Assembly (NCBI RefSeq): GCF_000025505.1
Contig: NC_013849.1
Span: 1,170,001 to 1,202,000, forward strand
Source: Ferroglobus placidus DSM 10642
Lineage (GTDB): Archaea > Halobacteriota > Archaeoglobi > Archaeoglobales > Archaeoglobaceae
Length of the DNA: 32,000 nucleotides
Reading direction: 5' to 3'
A model generated the notes under the pieces. The model saw only the letters and a list, made by a program, of their open reading frames with translations, had not been told where the DNA came from and ran no database searches. Below, in pieces: positions 28,449-32,000 of this stretch (the stretch's first letter is position 1; every line of letters starts with the position of its first letter). Both the position numbers and the translations under genes were made by a program.

Positions 28449-29343
28449 CCTCGCGATAAGCTTGAAGGATAAAAGATTGAAAATCTATGAACTTCTAAGA
28501 AAAGGTTACAGCGGAGAAAGAATAGCCAAGACTCTCGGAATAAGCAGAAGTGCCGTCTGGAAGTTCGTAGAGAAGTTGAGAAGCCTCGGTTACGAGATAG
28601 ATAGGAACTACAACATTCTCTCCATTCCAGACCCATCTCCTTTGGATGCAGCCCTATGCTCGAAGAAGCTCGGGGTCGAGAAGTTTCTGTACTTCGAAGA
28701 GGTGGATTCGACGAACAACGTTGCCAAGAAAGAAGAAAGAAGCTGCGTTCTTGCTAAGAGGCAAACCGCTGGGAGGGGAAGGCTTGGGAGGAAGTGGGAA
28801 AGCGAAGAAGGTGGACTCTACTTTTCTTTCGAATTTCCGAGAAAAGTCCCGGCTGTTAAAGCTCATAGAGTCACGATTCTCACCGGACTTGTCGTTGCTA
28901 AAACTTTAGAGAAATTCAACGCGAAAATAAAGTGGCCCAACGACATTTTGATAGATGGAAAAAAAGTATCTGGAATTTTATGCGAACTCGTCGGAGAGGA
29001 GCTTTCCTCGAGGGTGATCGTAGGCGTCGGGATAAACGTTAAGAACGAGCTCCCCGAAGAGTTGAAAGATAGAGCGACGACGCTGAAAAATTACAACGTG
29101 AGCATAACGGAAATTTTCTGTTCTTTCGCAAACAACTTCGCCGAGGTCTTAAACCTCGAGTGGAGTAAAATTCTCGAAAAGTGGAGGCAATTGCTCGATA
29201 CGATAGGGAAAGAGGTCGAAGTTAGAGCTGGTAGCGAGGTTTACAGAGGAATCGCTCTGGACGTGGACGATGAAGGAGCTTTAATCGTTAAATGCGGAGA
29301 CGAACTCGAGAGGGTCTTCAGCGGGGAGTGCTTTTACATGTGA
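28432..29343 (+). CDS. birA: Biotin-[acetyl-CoA-carboxylase] ligase with N-terminal HTH
   Basis: HTH ISRSAVWKFVEKLRSLGYEI, ligase AKRQTAGRGRLGRKWESEEGGLYFS, KWPNDILIDGKKVSGIL, GVGINVKNELP. Confidence 0.93.
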   Translation: MLMCADLAISLKDKRLKIYELLRKGYSGERIAKTLGISRSAVWKFVEKLRSLGYEIDRNYNILSIPDPSPLDAALCSKKLGVEKFLYFEEVDSTNNVAKKEERSCVLAKRQTAGRGRLGRKWESEEGGLYFSFEFPRKVPAVKAHRVTILTGLVVAKTLEKFNAKIKWPNDILIDGKKVSGILCELVGEELSSRVIVGVGINVKNELPEELKDRATTLKNYNVSITEIFCSFANNFAEVLNLEWSKILEKWRQLLDTIGKEVEVRAGSEVYRGIALDVDDEGALIVKCGDELERVFSGECFYM

Positions 29344-29379
29344 TAACTTTAAATAGTATTTCGTGAAGAGAGTTATTCG

Positions 29380-29757
29380 GTGAGTGTCATGGGACTCATC
29401 GACAAAATATTCGGCGGGAAACAGGAAGCCGTAAGCGTAGAAGAATACGAGGAGCTCGATCTGAGTGAATACGAAGCTGAGCTTACAGAAGGGGAAACGT
29501 ACATAAGAGTGGTGGAAGTTACCGGTTTAAACGAGGTTCCGGAGATAAGGAGGCAAGTTTACGATGGAAACATAGTTATAGCGGAGATTACCTTCATAAA
29601 GCACGACAAACTAACTCTGGACAGGATAATAAAAGATCTGAGACAGCTTGCGGAAGATGTGGGAGGAGACATAGTCGGGCTCGGAGAGGATTACATCATC
29701 GTAACGCCTCTCGGAATTAAAATTGACAGAAACAAGATTAGGGGAATTAGATCATGA
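29380..29757 (+). CDS. sepF: SepF-like cell division protein
   Basis: N-terminal MGLIDKIFGG membrane-targeting-like helix, ETYIRVVEVTGLNEVPEIRRQVYDGNIVIAEIT...GGDIVGLGEDYIIVTPLGIKIDR. TATA-like CTTTAAATAG about 30 nt upstream. Confidence 0.85.
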   Translation: MSVMGLIDKIFGGKQEAVSVEEYEELDLSEYEAELTEGETYIRVVEVTGLNEVPEIRRQVYDGNIVIAEITFIKHDKLTLDRIIKDLRQLAEDVGGDIVGLGEDYIIVTPLGIKIDRNKIRGIRS

Positions 29758-30341
29758 ACTGTCCGAAGTGCGGAGAAGAATTAAATTTACTGACGGCTTT
29801 TTACGACGCTCCATACGCTGGAAGAATTCTGATTACCACGATCTCTTGCAGCTGCGGTTTTAAGCATTCGGACGTTTTCATAGGAGAGTTCAAAGACCCC
29901 GTGAGATTTACTTTGAAAGTCGACAAGAGCAACCTCTTCGCCAAAGTCGTTAGATCAGCTTCCGGCACTATCAGAATTCCGGAACTCGGCTTGGCTATGG
30001 AACCTGGTCCAGCGAGTCAGGGATTTATAACGAACGTTGAAGGAGTTCTGATGAGGTTCGAAGATGTTGTAGAAATGGCTAAGAGGTGGAACAGCGATGA
30101 CGAAGAGAAGGTAAGGATCTGCGAAGAAATCTTAGAAAAACTCAAAGCGGTTAGAGAAGGGGAAGAATCCGTTACGCTGATAGTAGAAGATCCATTCGGC
30201 AACAGTACGATAATAAGCGACGAAGTTTTTATGGAAAAGCTCAGTCAGGAGGAGGCTTCAAAGCTCAAAACCGGATTGACAATAGTCGATATCGTTGGAG
30301 AAGAAGAGTTGATGAGCTTGAAGGAGAATTTGGAAGAGTAA
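29754..30341 (+). CDS. ZPR1 zinc finger domain protein
   Basis: CPKCGEELNLLTAFYDAPYAGRILITTISCSCGFKHSDV, ZPR1 core; 4 nt overlap with sepF. Confidence 0.9.
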   Translation: MNCPKCGEELNLLTAFYDAPYAGRILITTISCSCGFKHSDVFIGEFKDPVRFTLKVDKSNLFAKVVRSASGTIRIPELGLAMEPGPASQGFITNVEGVLMRFEDVVEMAKRWNSDDEEKVRICEEILEKLKAVREGEESVTLIVEDPFGNSTIISDEVFMEKLSQEEASKLKTGLTIVDIVGEEELMSLKENLEE

Positions 30342-30668
30342 AAGCTCGGATTTGTGTTGCTTTGAAGCTTCGACATTCCCCTATTTTAACGACTATACTA
30401 TTTCGTAAAGGCTATGTAATTAGTCTGGCGTTGGCGTTGTTCCGAAGAGAGCAAATCCAATGGTTTTCTCAAACATATCTAATGCTGCTCCCTCTCTTTG
30501 GAAGCCATGATGATGTTTCTGGATTTGAACCAGAAGAAGGAGTACCAGACTGAAAAAGTTATAGAGAAAGGTATGTGCGCCGGTTCGATGATTCTGGTAC
30601 AGGTAGAGTTTATAGAAGCTGGGATTGAAGTACAGGCATGAGACTTTTATAAATACGGAGGTGTTATC

Positions 30669-30779
30669 TTGACGATCCCACTCTCAACGACGCAACTTGA
30701 TATAGTTTCGAAAGTTTGGGTAGAGATTCCAAACAGCTGGAAAGAATTTATTGAGAAAGCAATGAAATTACGTGACTAA
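30669..30779 (+). CDS. Possible 36-aa ORF (TTG start) MTIPLSTTQLDIVSKVWVEIPNSWKEFIEKAMKLRD
   Basis: Strong SD GGAGGTG 5 nt before TTG and TATA-like TTTTATAAAT further upstream. Short. Confidence 0.3.
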   Translation: MTIPLSTTQLDIVSKVWVEIPNSWKEFIEKAMKLRD

Positions 30780-30820
30780 GAAAAAAGATTGGCTTTTTCG
30801 TTTGACAGGGGGTAGGAGCC

Positions 30821-30931
30821 ATGTTGCTATTTTTTGGAGATTGTGCTCCATATTCCTGCGACTGCATTAGAGATCTAATCAGAGAAGATTTGAAAAAGAG
30901 GGGTTGCGAGGTTGTTAAAGATGCGTTCTAA
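30821..30931 (+). CDS. Possible 36-aa Cys-rich ORF MLLFFGDCAPYSCDCIRDLIREDLKKRGCEVVKDAF
   Basis: SD-like GGAG just before ATG. Ends 4 nt before the convergent VapC stop. Confidence 0.3.
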   Translation: MLLFFGDCAPYSCDCIRDLIREDLKKRGCEVVKDAF

Positions 30932-30935
30932 GTTG

Positions 30936-31298
30936 CTATACCTCTTCAAGCTTAATCCTCTCTATTCCCACTTTGTCATAGGAAGAGTCGGAGCTAATTA
31001 TCTTTCCCCCACAGTAGGCAGCATGAAAGGCGTCGAAGACTCCGAGACCGTAGTCTCTGATAAATATTGCCGCCTTAAGCAGTCTTTCATCGTCTATTCC
31101 GCACAGTGTCATGACGCTCGTGAATATTCTCACGACGTCGAGACCGTATCTTTTGGCGATGAGGGCAAGCTCAATAAAAGTGATAGCGGATGTCGTTATC
31201 TGCCCCTCATACTCTTTCAAAAGTCTTTTCGCTCTCTCCTTCAGCCAGTCTTTCTCCTTGAGAAGGGCGAGAAAGAAATCCGTATCGGCGTAGATCAT
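30936..31298 (-). CDS. vapC: VapC-like PIN-domain toxin
   Basis: MIYADTDFFLALLK, SAITFIELALIAKRYG, GLGVFDAFHAAYCGGKIISSDSSYDKVG: PIN acidic residues. Confidence 0.9.
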   Translation of the reverse strand: MIYADTDFFLALLKEKDWLKERAKRLLKEYEGQITTSAITFIELALIAKRYGLDVVRIFTSVMTLCGIDDERLLKAAIFIRDYGLGVFDAFHAAYCGGKIISSDSSYDKVGIERIKLEEV

Positions 31299-31522
31299 TC
31301 AATCTCCTCCATCGCTTCCTCTACTATCTCCCTTCTAAGATCCTCAATCGACTTTGATGGTAACTTTTTACCCTCCTTTTCAAGTTCTTTAATTGGATCC
31401 GCAGGCTTCGGTATCAGCAGAATGCCGTCCTTGACCTCAACAACGAAGACCTCTTTGCCTATCCTACTTCTGACACTCTTCGGCAAATACACCCTCCCTC
31501 TTTCATCAACTTTAGCCCACAT
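31295..31522 (-). CDS. vapB: VapB-like AbrB-type antitoxin
   Basis: MWAKVDERGRVYLPKSVRSRIGKEVFVVEVKDGILLIPKP. Internal ATG (about 31522) preferred over track start 31561; 4 nt overlap with vapC. Confidence 0.88.
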   Translation of the reverse strand: MWAKVDERGRVYLPKSVRSRIGKEVFVVEVKDGILLIPKPADPIKELEKEGKKLPSKSIEDLRREIVEEAMEEIE

Positions 31523-31786
31523 AATAATAAATAAATGGGAAGAAAATATAAGTTTTCCCATTCACCTGCGGAGTGTTTCTCAATCTCCTCAAGCATTCCC
31601 AAAACGAACACGATGAGGAGGTTTTTAGGAAAATATCCTGCGAGTCATGAAAATGTTCCTCTTTCCGGAAAGTTCAAGAGGACAGTTATTAACGTCCACA
31701 TTAGAAATTTAGAAAAGAGCGCCGAGAGAAAGCTTCTTCACGAGCTCTAATCCTTTCCATTATGACTTAAACTGAAAAGTCTGCCT

Positions 31787-31973
31787 TCATGTTTTGCGGG
31801 AATAGTTGTCGAAAACTTTTGCGTAAAGCCGCCCGGCTGGTGGTTCTTTTTGTATAAGTTCGTTGAGGGGGAGTCCCCGAGCATCACGGCAAGTTCATCA
31901 AGTTTTTTTCAGTGATGGTTATTCTCTCCGCCTCGTCGATGTCGAGGTAAACTTCAATAACCTCTTTTTCGCT
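31787..31973 (-). pseudogene. Frame-broken small gene, unknown (EKEVIEVYLDIDEAERITITEK / KLDELAVMLG / LPLNELIQKEPPAGRLYAKVFDNYSRKT*)
   Basis: Three short coding-like segments in three successive minus-strand frames, joined at a 7-A run and at CTCGGGGACTCCCCC. Confidence 0.45.
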
Positions 31974-32000
31974 TTAAAAGACTCATCCCACGTACTTCGT

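Noticed and set aside
30912-31616. 234-aa + strand ORF
   Set aside because: Fully antisense to the clear VapC/VapB pair; Ser-rich composition typical of a shadow frame.
31535-31750. 71-aa + strand ORF ending GKFKRTVINVHIRNLEKSAERKLLHEL
   Set aside because: The C-terminal half looks protein-like and might be a fragment, but the N-terminal half looks random and overlaps the VapB promoter side. Not enough to call.
1-32000. CRISPR array, rRNA or complete IS element
   Set aside because: No regularly spaced repeats, no rRNA-like sequence and no intact transposase frame seen by eye. Only short regulatory-type repeats and decayed fragments were found.

Overview
32 kb of archaeal chromosome. Gene content and protein style suggest an Archaeoglobales-type organism; this is inference, not a database match. 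The window is densely coded. It opens inside a ccmF-like cytochrome c maturation gene, followed by a ccmH-like gene, a PsiE-like membrane protein and an HTH_10/Bat-type regulator. Next come a DUF2193-like protein, a small zinc protein (DUF2180-like) and aquaporin, then tRNA-Asn(GTT) and an MFS transporter. A CopB-type P-type ATPase, dCMP deaminase, an MBL-fold protein, and a minus-strand metallophosphoesterase / radical SAM-SPASM operon follow. The middle holds mevalonate kinase, isopentenyl phosphate kinase, Nnr, an AhbC-like radical SAM, and a GlcD/GlcF-like pair. TFB and Gar1 come next, with overlapping reading frames, then an HdrC/HdrB-like plus CcsA-like operon, Nmd3, Taw2/Trm5-like, BirA, SepF and ZPR1. 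The right end is accessory: a VapBC pair, decayed gene pieces and small orphan ORFs. There is no CRISPR array, rRNA or intact transposase. Best leads: (1) a peptide-modifying-type radical SAM/SPASM gene with an unannotated 41-44 aa four-cysteine ORF just downstream; (2) the DUF2193-like / zinc protein / aquaporin module; (3) TFB's N-terminal extension encoded out of frame inside the Gar1 basic tail; (4) a 21 aa CxxCxxC micro-ORF overlapping the start of the MBL-fold gene; (5) a repeated intergenic AATTTCGT element and direct repeats at the promoter of the HTH_10 regulator.
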